A stretch of 63,999 nucleotides of DNA, the filler included, from Choristocarpus tenellus KU-1152 (Eukaryota > Protista > Phaeophyceae), in the NCBI GenBank assembly GCA_964200185.2. It is 12 parts of 12 records of this genome, joined end to end, with 100 filler letters (N's around TTAATTAATTAA, not from the genome) between each part and the next. Parts side by side here need not be neighbours in the genome. Positions count along the whole stretch, not along the records: positions 23,356 to 28,794 come from CAXNAD020010774.1; positions 28,895 to 32,366 come from CAXNAD020019807.1; positions 32,467 to 49,306 come from CAXNAD020000761.1; 9 more parts are not named here. One strand, written 5' to 3'. Below the pieces are notes generated by a model that was not told where the DNA came from, made no database searches, and worked only from the letters and a program-made list of their open reading frames with translations. Shown here one piece after another: positions 26,396 to 38,580 of the stretch (position 1 is its first letter; each line of letters starts with the position of its first letter). The translations under genes and the position numbers were made by a program.

Positions 26396-27129
26396 TAGCA
26401 TCCAAGAATACAGGAGGGGCACACTTTTTTTTTCATGGTAACTGCTATATCATCACTAGTATTATTACCATTGAGAACACAAAATTAATGGCTAGGTGTA
26501 ACGATCAGTCTTTGAAGCTGATTTTGAACAGACTCCAAAACACAATTTTAGCGAGTGTGATACCGTGTTGAGTTTCCTAACAAATCTGAAGGACTGGTTT
26601 TTAGATGCGTTATTAGTGAAGGTGACAGTGTGGTGCACCCGCTAAAAAAACCCTGCTCAAGTAATGGAGGGATGAATTCGAATCGTAGACATGGGTGTCA
26701 ATAAATTGCAACAAGTTATGTTAGCCAATTGGATTGAATCAACTACCATACGCAAGACCTTTCCGTTTTGACCTCTGTTATAGTTAGGGTTGATAGATTA
26801 TTATAGGCATCAACATGTCCAACAACGGCGGTACCTACCCTTTACAAGGAACCCAAATTGGTGGGCACCTTACCCTCTGATTCGTCCTTTGGGAGGGTAT
26901 CATTTTAGCGTATGTACACATCGTCACAGATCGTATCGTATTCTATACATGTAATTTTGACGTCGTCACAATTGCTTTGCATGGGGTTATTGTATGTTTA
27001 ATGAAGTGTAAATACCATACAGTAGACAACTTCTTTCAAAGAATTCTCTTCTGTGAAGTTAGGAAGGGAAAGCCTAAAGTTAAGGCAGCATTGGTGACAC
27101 ATTGTGTGAGTTGTTTAGGTAGGTGGTGA

Positions 27130-27303
27130 GGCTCAACGTGTCTGGGGGGGGGGTGACAACTGTCCATTTGGGGCCCATTTTTTCATGTCGCGATTTTTGG
27201 GTGATTTGGTTGAATGTGTGGGATGGATAGTAAGTGCACTTCTGCTGATCAGGGCCCAAATGGACACCCTGGTGTAGACCCCCGCCCCCAAATACTTTGA
27301 GCC
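27130..27303 (-). mobile_element. MITE family A, complete (174 bp), TSD TGA
   Basis: GGCTCAACGTGTCT-polyG ... AATACTTTGAGCC, flanked by TGA on both sides. Confidence 0.9.
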
Positions 27304-29014
27304 TGATCAAGGCCATTTCTTGCACACACAACTTGCTCCTTGTAGTACAACAAACAGTCGACTACCAGGCAGAGAAAGTAGAAAGAATGGTGTGATTGGA
27401 TGTTCTTGCAGTCTTTCATTCTCAAATCTCAACCAAGAAGAGAATGGGATCTGTTGTTGTCACAGTCGCAGTGACCTTGGTGGTGTGGTCACAACCGCAA
27501 ATGGGCACTACATATATTTATATATATTGGAGAATCCTGGTTGTTCCAGAGAAGAAACCTATTCGTACAGCATTCATTGGTGCAACTGGACGATGGTATG
27601 GTGTTAGATGTGGTTTAAAATGCTGCATACTTATTTATTTATCTTGAACCAATTGCTTCGCAGACTGAGCTTCTCCTGGGGTTGGACGCTTATGAATGAT
27701 TGAGAGCCAGTGTCAGTAAAAGTCTCGTTATATAAATTCAAATACAGCAATAAGATACATATTCTTGTGGTTAGTGCAAAGTTCACGACAAGGACCCTCT
27801 TAACATGTATGAAGTGCTCAAAACCCACTCTGTCACACACATTACTGCTACTGCTGCTCCTGCTACCACGAATAATAATAATAGTGACACACCTTAGAGA
27901 CAGTCAGTGCAGGACCCCATAACATACTAACATTATTATCACTGCACTCAGCAGGAGATGCTGTTTCTCCTAAGTAAATACACTCCACTTGCCCCATGAT
28001 CTACCACATTAAAGAGATGCATGCAATGCCATGTTGCTGAACCCTAATCGTTAACCGCTATTGGCAGATCAAGTACAAGATGAGCATTTCGTTATCCATG
28101 ATGCTAGTTCAGTTCATGCTGTGTAATTACATTGAGTGGCAGTCCTCTAGACTCCTACCAGACCTTTTTTGAACATCACATACATGTATACAGTGGTGAT
28201 ATCAAACACTTCTGAAGGCAAATGTAGCATGCCATTCGTTTGTATTTGGTGAGTGGACAATAACAGGAGTCATTCGCAAGGTAGGTCAAGGTGTTGTGCA
28301 CGACTCCAATAGCCTCACAACGAGGCGTACATACATGATATACATGATCGTGAGTGCAAAGTGTTTTTGTCAAGGGTCTGAGGAGTCGAGAGGTACTCAG
28401 GTTTCGGTCGTTTTGCATTTTAGGCCAGTTTTTCAAACTTACGCAATTCACCCCTGTTTCTATGGATGAAGTGCTAAGTTTGTTTTGAGAGCATTGATTT
28501 TTCTGTTGTTTGAGACTTTTCGACACAATTCAGAAAAGATCTACATGCATTTGTAAAAAAAGCGAAATTTTGGACACGTTAGTCACCATCCTTAAAATGC
28601 AACCCTGTCGCTTACTTTTGACTCTGACCTCTTCTCAACCTTAAAAAAAAAATACACTTGTGTTGCCTGCCGAAGAGGAGGGATATCGGACTGAAAGCAC
28701 AATGAAAGTACTTACTATCAATTAAACCCCCCCCCGACAAGACACTACCATATTTCACCGCCCTCTTATCATCTCTTGACGATCAATTATGCCANNNNNN
28801 NNNNNNNNNNNNNNNNNNNNNNNNNNNNNNNNNNNNNNTTAATTAATTAANNNNNNNNNNNNNNNNNNNNNNNNNNNNNNNNNNNNNNNNNNNNGGGGAG
28901 GGGAGTTCAAGTTACGGCGGGGTAGATGTCTTCTTGGATGATTTTGGAGTGGTGTTGAGTGGTGTGAGAACTGCTGTGGGGTTGAGGGGAGTGGGAACTT
29001 GTGTGGGTTGAAAG

Positions 29015-29245
29015 GATGACTGGCAATCAGTGACGAAGGGCATTCGCACTGGTTGGTCATCGAATGTGATGGCTGGCAATCATTGACGAAGGGCATTCGC
29101 ACTGGTTGGTCATCAAATGTGGGGATGGCTGGCAATCAGTGACGAAGGGCATTCGCACTGGTTGGTCGTCAAATGGGAATAGAGGATAGAGGAATAGCAA
29201 ATTAGGAATGAGCAAATAATAATAATAATCCAGAATTCGTGAGTA
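29015..29245 (-). repeat. Three 53-56-bp tandem units, same family as 9682-9870
   Basis: GATG(A/G)CTGGCAATCA(G/T)TGACGAAGGGCATTCGCACTGGTTGGTC at 29015, 29068 and 29124. Confidence 0.88.
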
Positions 29246-29364
29246 AAACAAACCTCGGTTCGGACACGTCATGACCATGCCTTCTATTTATTTTTTTACC
29301 ACTCTTCTTCAATATTGTATCCTAAATTCCAAATTACTACTAGAAATACTAAATATATTGTATA

Positions 29365-30505
29365 CTACCTCTGTGCCATAAGTCTGTGCCGTGTTGTCCA
29401 TAACTTTTTAAAATCTTGATGAAATTCATTTCTGAAAGAAGATTTGGAATCCTTGACGAGTTTGTGGTTAGGGTCAGCTCTTTTAATAATCATTACTCCC
29501 CATCAATCACAATTTTATTAGCCACAGAAAAAGCCCCCATGTCTTCCTTCAGCGTGTTTTCAAACTCACCAGACAATTGCCTCTTCCTTTCCCCTGTGCG
29601 CTCCACACTGAAGTCATTCCCCCCTTTAAGTACTCGATTGTATACCAAAAGGGAGCTGCCAAGCCCTATCAAATGCGGCTTCATCATACTCCTCAGGTCC
29701 ATGATATTGAGGTCGGGGGAGTTAGATGGCTGCGTCACAAGCCTAATTGACCACCTCTCAGTCTCCCCTGCCCCTGACAAGATTTCTGAGTTGCCCTTGG
29801 CCTGTGCGGGGGGTGGCACCGTCTTGCTGAATGACAATGTACTTAACCCTGCAACCAAGGCATCTTGGTCTTGATAGCAGGCAGTAACTCCTCCATGTAC
29901 CACTCTCTGTACCACAAATGGTCTAAAGTACAGTCCTGCTCATACACATTCCCCTTTTATGGTTCTTGCCGTCCTGTCTGCCGTTTTTGGCGTGCGCATA
30001 TGCCAAACACCAAGCCTTCCATCAAAGCTGTGAGTCGAATCTGGGCGGGCATTGACTGCAATGATGATGATTTTGGGGATATGACTCTTGTGCTGCACAG
30101 TAGGGGACCCTGGAAGGTCGCTATCATCCTCATGCAGAAATGCCCTAACTCTTTTCTCATCAGCCATCCCGTAAAACCAGGTTCATCTACATGGATTGTG
30201 TTCGCCATGGAGGCGTAAACACCACGTTCCGGTCCACTTGATCGCAAAAAGGTCCATTTTCCATAAATTTTGCCACGATTTAAGCTTGGGTTTTATCTAG
30301 CAGTAATTCGGTGTGGCCCCATATCATCCAACCACCTGAATTATCGTACTTGTGCTATAATTCAGCGGCGATCTTCATTGTCACCTGACGCAGTGTGGAT
30401 GACTGATTATCGATACTATGTAATGCGGCCATCTTGGTCGGTGTGATCTCCGAAGGCCGCCCACTATGTGCTGCCACCCCTAGGTCAAGCGTGTGGCCGG
30501 TTGCC
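29365..30505 (-). mobile_element. Degenerate mariner (DD39D/plant-mariner-like), 5'-truncated
   Basis: IHVDE, QHKSHIPK...ARP...FDGRLGVW, QPSNSPDLNIMDL. Terminus TA|CTACCTCTGT; internal deletion after MDL. Confidence 0.9.
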
Positions 30506-30739
30506 ATGCCGACATTCTGATCCCCGATGTGCCCAGTTCTAGCCTCTAAATCACCTCAAAAGACCCCTACACTGACGGCTTGAAGCACCTCGAGTTTGTA
30601 CCTGATGATCCTCGAAACCCACCCTTTCCGAACGCTGAGATTGTCAGCTTGATTTCATTCTGTGAGGATATCGTCCGATTCGGCGCCGTTCTCGGTGAGC
30701 CCAGATGTTTCGCGGCACAAAATTATGGCATAGAGGTAG

Positions 30740-32308
30740 AATATTATTTGCGCTCGGACATTTTGCAAATGTGTTCGGGGAAAAACCGATGAAAAGTCAA
30801 TTCAATATCAGAACCCCTGAAGAAATAACAGTTCTCGTACATGCGAAAGATATTTTTCTATTTACTATATTACCACCAGCTGTGCTACACCACTCCCCTC
30901 CTTCTCCTGGAAGAGGTAGGGAAGGACCCCAAGAATCTGACAGCCTCCTCCTTGCTCATCTCCCTGTCCAGCTTAAAATGCACGACACGTCTTGATAGAG
31001 ACACTTGTGTTGTGACGGATACTATCTGCCGTAAACGGGATTTGACAGCTCCTTTCCTGCTGTAGCCTCCCGCCCCTCTCCCCCCTACCACATGCGTAGC
31101 CAACTCATCCATAAAATTTCTGCTTGCTTGCCAAGGCGCCCGAAACGTTCCACCGCAAAGGTGTTGAGGTTAAAACTACAAGGGTCAAAAGAACCCTCGT
31201 AGTGGGTTCGCTTTCACGCCTCAGCTGCAGAAGCAGCTACACAATTGCTGATGGATGAGTGGGGCGGATGGGAAGCTTCTTGCACTTCTGCAGATGTGAC
31301 ATCCAGGAGGAGGCCTTTGTTTCGGTAGGGGGCTGATCAAGGTCCGCAAGTGCCTCGGTATGGAAGATCAATCCATGCGGAAATTTTGGTCCAATGTGAA
31401 TGAGCTACTGTCCTCCACAGTCCAAGGCATGCCCCCATTCCTTTGTAGAGTTGACCTAGACGCTTCGACCCAAAGCATTTCAGAGGGTAGGAGTTTTGCC
31501 CTGTTTGTCCGTTCGGGGCTTGGCTTCCCACAGGTTTTTTGTGACAGTTATACCTACTCCAAGATGTTTTGGAGTAGGTAAAATGTGGAAGATTATGAAA
31601 GATGTGTCTGAAACAAGGATGTTGACACTTCATTACAAAACACGATAGCCAAAATTACATCAAAATCGCAACATTGGATTTTGGACCCCAAGCGGACGCG
31701 GCCCTTCACTCTAAGATGCTTTGACTCTTCACCATTGATGTGTGTTGGCAGACCTCTGTGCCCCTGCCCTAGGGCAGGTACGGGCCTGTCTAGTGTCCAC
31801 GTTTTGCCTCCTGCACCCAGCCACTGGGCACCTGTTAGATGGGGCCTCCTCCCTCCCTAGGGATCTACTGGGGCAGTGAATCTAAACTCTACGAGATGGA
31901 TCTGGGTTGTTGGTCCCAGGGGTTGTGTGGAGGCCCATGCATTTGCCCCTTGTCCACACTGACTCCGGCGGCACGCCAGGGCGAGCGCAGAACATTCTCT
32001 CGATTGTTCTGCATCGTCTGGTAGGTTGGCCAATTGCGTCTGGAAAGAGTCAAACCTGATCCTGTTCAGGAGGCAGGTGATTTCATGTTGTACCCTCCCA
32101 GTGATCCTGGCATCACGGGTTGCTAGAATGTAGACCTCTGGGGCAAGTGTAGGGTTTGTTGTTCCCCCCCAGGCTACCCAGCCTTGGCCAATAATCCCCA
32201 CCATATCTTCTGAAGGAACTCTTGTCGAGAGGAGGGTGTGGATGGATGATCCCACGGTCCTAACTGTAGGGTGCATACAGATGGCTCGTGTGAAAGACTC
32301 TCCATGAA
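30740..32308 (-). mobile_element. CRE-like (RLE) non-LTR retrotransposon fragment, interrupted by MITE B
   Basis: RSQCGQGANAW...; RMD...LLLDVT...AAEA*KRTHY...FAVERFGRLG...DELATHVVGGRG...SVTTQVSLSRRV. The 3' end matches the 26340-26395 motif. Confidence 0.85.
31467..31727 (+). mobile_element. MITE family B, complete (261 bp), TSD TTC
   Basis: GACCCAAAGCATTTCAGAGGGTA ... CTCTAAGATGCTTTGACTC, flanked by TTC on both sides. Confidence 0.92.
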
Positions 32309-32366
32309 GGCTCAAAGTATCTGGGAGGGGGTGGCGGCTGTCCATTTCGGGGCAATTTTTTCATGT
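32309..32366 (-). mobile_element. MITE family A end at contig break
   Basis: GGCTCAAAGTATCTGGGAGGGGGTGGCGGCTGTCCATTT. Confidence 0.85.
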
Positions 32367-33966
32367 NNNNNNNNNNNNNNNNNNNNNNNNNNNNNNNNNN
32401 NNNNNNNNNNTTAATTAATTAANNNNNNNNNNNNNNNNNNNNNNNNNNNNNNNNNNNNNNNNNNNNGGGTGGGGGGGTGGGGTGGCGGGTGGTATCATTT
32501 GATGTGTCGATTGTCCTTTATGGGATGGGTTGTCTTTTATTTGGAGAGTGGGATGACACTGCTGGGGTGGTGTAGTCAGTCTAGTAAGTGGTTTTTACAT
32601 GCGGGAGATGTGAGGCCATCATCCATCATCCACCAACTGGCTTTCCATGCTGTGATTTATGACTTTTATGCCCTCTGTGTGCCATTTCTTTTTAGACAAT
32701 TGTTTTTTCTAAAATGCTCCCGTTAATACAGTACTGGCTGTATGGGTTCATGGTTGTGATCCTTGGGTTCAGGTGTATATTACAGTTTTCAAACTTAATT
32801 GCCCAAAGCCTCCCCCCCCCCCCCTCCCCGAGGCTTGACCGTAGCTCGTTCTTATTTCCTTCCCCTCCATCCCTGTCCACACCCTGTTAATCTCATGCTT
32901 CACAATCCCATGTGCCTGCACATTATGGCTTTGGTTGTATGGGTCTGCCCCTGTGATATCGCTTGGTCAGGTTCGCCTGGGACACAAAGGCCGGGAATCA
33001 GACCTGGTGTATCCTTCCCACTGGATAATTCTGCACAGCAGTCAAGAGATGCTGGTGGAGGAGGTACCTTGGGGGGGGGGAGAGTTGGCTCCAGGGCAGG
33101 GGTTGGAACCGAGAATGCGTTCCATGGTGGAGCACAGGGGGGCGATGAGGGAGGTGCAGGGTTCGGCGGGGCGTTAGGACTGAGACAGGGTACAGGTACA
33201 GCACTAGGACCTGGCGATGCTGTATTCCGGCACCAGCTCTCGCCTGGACGATTATCTCCTTTGAATCTTGCCCCCTCCACACTTCAATTAGGGTTGCTGT
33301 CTTCCATTTCGCCATCGATGCTGCTTGGGTCTGCTCTGGGCAGTCAAGGGGGCTTCGGGGGAGGTGGTGCAGGGGATTGGGGTGGAGGTCTGAACGGACT
33401 GGGCCTGTTGTTGGGGAGGTCTTCGATTCAGTCATCACATCTCACACCGTTGCAGCTATCCCAACTTGGGGTACCTGGGAGTGGAGGTGAGAAGGACATG
33501 TGAATATAACTGCATTGGGTTGTTGTCTCTTTGTATCTTTGTATTGTTGATGTAGTAGTGGTAAGGACAGATATGACCTGTAGGAGTATGTGAGCTGTGT
33601 GAGTGTGAGTGTGAAGGTGATGGGCGAAGCAAAGTAGAAGGCATTGTGATTGGGCGAGGGGTGAGAGTGATGGGTTGGTTCTCTTTTGACGCTGTGATTC
33701 AAGTCAGTTTGTTCGAGTGCTGTTTTTTTTGTTTGTTTATGGTGATATTTGACCTCTGTTGGCTATCTGTGTTGTACTTGAAGCTGTTACTGGTGTTGAT
33801 GTTAAGATGGTTGCTGGTTGTCGTTGCATTTCTTTTTTTTTTAATCCGGTTGGTACTGAATAGATTTTAGTTGGACTTGCTTTCATCTGTGAAGTACAGG
33901 AGGCCATGCACCCACCTCTTTTACATCGTGACCCTGCCACCAAAGGGCCCCCACCTTAAAGTACCG

Positions 33967-34051
33967 AAAATAAATTTATGGTGTAAATAAATTTATGGTG
34001 AAAATAAATTTATGGTGAAAATAGATTTAGGGTGAAAATGAATTTATGGTG
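33967..34051. repeat. 17-bp minisatellite x5
   Basis: (AAAATAAATTTATGGTG)5 with a few mismatches. Confidence 0.92.
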
Positions 34052-37000
34052 AAGTCGAGATAGAATATTGAACATGGAAACAAGTTTGCCTACAAGAGAT
34101 GGAGATGGCTGGACCAATACCCGTTTGATTTTGAGAAGAATATCTGTTTCTACATTCTTTTGCCTTCTATGGCACTCTGGTGTGTGCTTGTGTTTTGTAA
34201 TGTTCAGCCTTAGTTGCTTTTGGGTGGTGCATGACACGATATTACAGTGATTAAAACTAGTAAGCATCTTTGCAGTATGTATGGAAGAAGGAGTGCGGGT
34301 GGTGGATGTAAGAAATGTGATAGAAAGGATGGTTCAAGGTTGAAAATACTGCACTATAGTATCGGACTTCCTCAGTACCACACACCAAACATGTATCATA
34401 CACGTGGGCAATTGTCAATTGCCGGAGATGAAGCTTGAAAGTGGAGGGTTGGGGGGGTGAAGCATATGATAGAGGAGACGGACAGCCTGTGAGGTTGGAC
34501 TCTGAGGAACATGAAAGGAAGTAGTAACAGTCGATGTCCTTTCCTGTAGATGTTTTGGGGTTATGAGGAGGTTGGGGTAAAAGATGCTTGTCTCATATTC
34601 ATCTTTTTTGTTTTTGTGGGTCTTGAAAGTGTAGTGCACAGTTTGTGGTTTTCCATTTGCTTTAAATGTAGTCGAAAAGGTGGCCAGTCTCAGTTTATCA
34701 TCTCCATGTACCCTGGAAGTCCTTGCACGTTGAGTCAGTGCTTTTCTCCTATGCCTTTAATCTATGAACAGGGTTACATGCCAGTTGGATGGCGGCTGGG
34801 GGGGGGCATCCACAGGGCCCAGGTCAAGAGCAGGATTGCAATAGTTTCTACTGGCTTGAGAAGGTGAGATATTGGAGATTGATGAATGGTGCTTGCTCTA
34901 TTTTTTCCCTTGGAATAGTTTGAATGGAATACCTCATGACTTTTTTTTTTGTACTTGGAAGTACTGTAGAGTAGAAGAGAGGACTGTCACTTGTTGGAGG
35001 GTGACAAGGAGGGGTGGTATTGGGAGTACTTCTTCAGGGGGGGGATTACCCCTAACCCTAAGGCTCTGTTGTGAATGCAATTTGTCATGTACTTTTGTGT
35101 TTTGATGTACACCACAGTATTACCAATATACCTTACCTACCTGGTATGCTTGAGGGCACCCCAGTGCGTACCCATTGGTCACCCCTTCAAATCTTTTATG
35201 ACAGGTATTTATCCTTGTTTTGACCTTTTTTTTCTCATCATCTTTCCAGTACTATGCTGCCCACAGAATGGGAATGGACCACCTTGCTGGTTCTCTTGAT
35301 CAAGAGAATGCTGTTACAGGTGCTGGGACTGGTGACTTGTCCCATTCCTCCCATGTGACTGGGCATCAACAAACGGGGACCATGCACCCACCATCCCCCC
35401 CTTCCCTCCATCAGAGAAGGGACATGGGAGTGTTGGATCTTGGGATGGAAATGACTTCCACCACAGATGGCAGAGGGAGCTGAGGAGTTAATTCTGAAGT
35501 TGGGCTGGCTGGTCGTTTTTGGCGATGTGTGATGTTAGAAGGGATAATTACCACTGTATAGTTTCTGGTTATGTTGTTAAGGAGGGTGCCTAAGGTGAAG
35601 ACATTATTTTATTGTATGTGTATATGTAGTAGGGGTTGTGTTTGTTTATGACCCAATGTACGTGTAAGGTGAGAATCGGTTGTACCATTGACTCATGTTA
35701 TGGGTTGTGCCTGAAGTGTTGCATGTTTGCTTGTGAAAGGAAGGTAGAGGGAGCATTGGACAGACTTAGATGGCTTGTTTGGGTTGGCATTGTGATCCTG
35801 ATTAAGTTTGGGAGTAATGTGTTCAACCTCAAGAGGTATCCTTTGGTGACGGCGAATCAAACATCTCATGAACACAACATACATTGCACTGAAATGCAGG
35901 TAGTAGGGTAGGAAGATTGGATGGAGTATCTTGCGTGGAAGGAGGGGTTAATGTGGAGGGAAGGGTGTGAATATTTTTTGCACTGCTTGGTGGGATGTGT
36001 TTCTTTGTCATGGTCTATCTGCTCCTGCCTGTTTTTGGTGATGTTGCAGGAGTTACGCACCCCAGACACAATTCTTTTTCAATGTATTGTGGGTTAGGGT
36101 ATCTTCTGTTCTGATGGTGGACTCTCCAAAGTACCTTTTCTATGGTGACATAAGCATGGTTTTGTGTGTAGGACTTGGTGCAATTATGTAGGTCTGCAAC
36201 TCTGTAAAAATGACTTTGTATATTTTTCCTTTATTTGCCAATGGAATCACATGCTTTATACTCCACCTAAACATAGGTGCACTGTCTATATGCTGTGGCC
36301 CCAGACAACGAGTGTATGTTGGTAAGGCTTTCTTTACCATTTTTTCTCCAATTTTCCCATGATCATCCAACTAAGTAAACCATTACTGGTTCTCAATTGC
36401 TGTCCATGAGGGACCCATTATATAGTCGTGATAGCCCCAAAATTGCTTAGCAGTGGTAGACTATGCACAATTATTTCAATCAAGTTAATAGGGGGAAGTA
36501 CTGGATACAAGATGCATAATAGAGTGGTAGTCTCCTACATTCAACTTCTGGCTGTTATTAATGCACCAACTGGTATTAATAACAAAAAAAAGACTCAAGT
36601 GCAGGCATGCAGCCTCGGTCCTGAAGACAAAGTGGTTAAGGTTGGTGGGTACAAAGAGGCTAAGCAGATTTCTGGCAATTACCCATCCCATCAACGTTTT
36701 TTTTGTGACCCTAGTTGGAAGTTGTAGTGGGACGCAAATTGGAACCGTACCTGAGGCAGAGTTCATGTACAAGCAGTCATGAGGGATCTATTCTCGAACT
36801 TGTGGAGGTTTAGTGAGTCAGTGATTATTACTCGAATGTAACTTGAATATGTAAATAACACAACTCCAAGGCAGCAAAATGATGCAATGATGGGTCTGCA
36901 GTGACAAACCTTGAAGCTCATCTGGGGCGTTGAAGTGTAAACAAGATTTTGATTGGTGACTTCCATACCAATTACAAAAAGTTCAAAGTATTTCTTTGTA

Positions 37001-37506
37001 ATGATCGATATTTTGAGGTGCACATTGAGACACTGCAGTAACGAAGACTTTAGCATAATGCAGGACCTCTCAGATTGTGACTGTCATACGATCCTATGAG
37101 ATACACCCCAGATATGATGAGCTCTGGGTAATTAAAAAAAAAACCCATATTGCTTGGTATAGAGTTGTTTGGTCTACTGAATCGAATTCAAGGAGAAGTC
37201 AGTCAAAGTGTGAATAAAACCAGCGATAACAATGGCATCTAGGTGTGTGGCGTTCATCAGGATTGTATTCACATTTGTGAAGGATTGTCTTGACTATTAT
37301 AACAAATCCCTATTCCATACAGCAGTGCCTGCACACTGGTGTTTGCGCTGTCAGGTCGAGACGTACATAGACACGCGAAGACCTGTGGTCACACCAAGCT
37401 CGCCTGAGAATCAAGGCTTTCCCGGTTTTGCGCCCCAACTCTGCTATTGGTTTGCCGTCAGTCTAACTGGAATGGATAATTGGGTTGTGCAATGGGGAAG
37501 GCGTCG

Positions 37507-38393
37507 TTATATCACCCCTGGAAAGCCTTCGATTTTTGGTTGAACTGGAGGACCTAAGGATTTACCAGCTTCATCTTTTCGGCAGTAATAGTAAGGTTGC
37601 CCACGTTCATATGTTTCCGGCATAAACCCAACCTCAGGCCCACGAATACCACTCAGGTCGACGCTACCCTCCGTCAAAGCCCGGCAGAGGTCCAATTCGT
37701 TTTTTGCCACAGACACTTCGGTGTTCCCAGGTGCGGTGAAAATGCGAAGCGGAAGTTGCAAAGATGACTCCAGCATTCGCACGTGGTCCACGATGAGTTC
37801 ACGATGCCACTATCGAACGATCGGGTGAAATATAGGAGCATGGGGAACGTGGTCAAACTCATGTTGTGGTCATTTACAGTTAAACATATACAAACGAGTA
37901 ATCAATCGCTAACTCCAATACCCACCCAAACTCCAACCTCGATGGTAATTTTATGCCAATCGTAGAATGAGTACGTTGAGGAACAGTCGAATGAAAGGCA
38001 TCAGCAACACATGTAATAATGTTCTTCCTCAGGACCAAGGAGGATGTAGCTACGGCTTACTTGTAAGGACTGGTCGACGGAAATGCCATGACTCCTTGCA
38101 ACTTTCCCAGCGAAGTAGAACTTGTTATCCCCTCCAGGGTGGTGCGCGTATACATCGACAATCTCAGCACCAGCCTTTTTTAGTCCATCGAAAGAACGCA
38201 TTTGTCTCTCGAAAGCCTTGGTACCTCGACCAGCACCGCGTGGTTTCATCTGATCATCCACCTTTCCAAAGCCTGTTGCCATTGTTAAGGTAGACTCATA
38301 TCGCACAACTCCAGAGCAGCAAAGCGGATTGAAGAAGGCCTGACCTTGGACGAGACAACAAAACAAGATCAGGAGGCCCCGTGACCGTCCCAT
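37507..38393 (-). CDS. Plastid-targeted conserved protein (possibly HHL1-like), 2 exons, 211 aa
   Basis: join(38393-38061, 37809-37507) with a phase-0 GT-AG intron. Signal peptide MGRSRGLLILFCCLVQGQA followed by F (ASAF-type motif), then ATGFGK, DVYAH...FYFAGKVA, APGNTEVSVAKN, VGFMPETY. Confidence 0.75.
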
Positions 38394-38580
38394 CCTTCCT
38401 TCACTAACACAAAGACTGACCCATGTTTTACTTACCATGTTTAAAGAGTCGTACAACCTACAAGTATCCTAATAATCTTTTTAAGAACTCCAGTTTGAAC
38501 TTACTCTGTCATAAACGAAAACTGTCACATCAATACTGGAGGCCGTGCCTCTAACAACCACCTCCGCAACCAATCATCCC
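38394..38580. promoter_or_regulatory. Putative bidirectional promoter
   Basis: Only 187 bp separate two divergent ATGs (38393 on minus, 38581 on plus). Confidence 0.55.

Noticed and set aside
27960-28530. Possible protease or Helitron remnant
   Set aside because: Many stops and no catalytic motif I can support.
29015-29170. CRISPR-like array
   Set aside because: Repeats of about 45 bp with only 8-11-bp similar linkers, three units, eukaryotic context and no cas genes.
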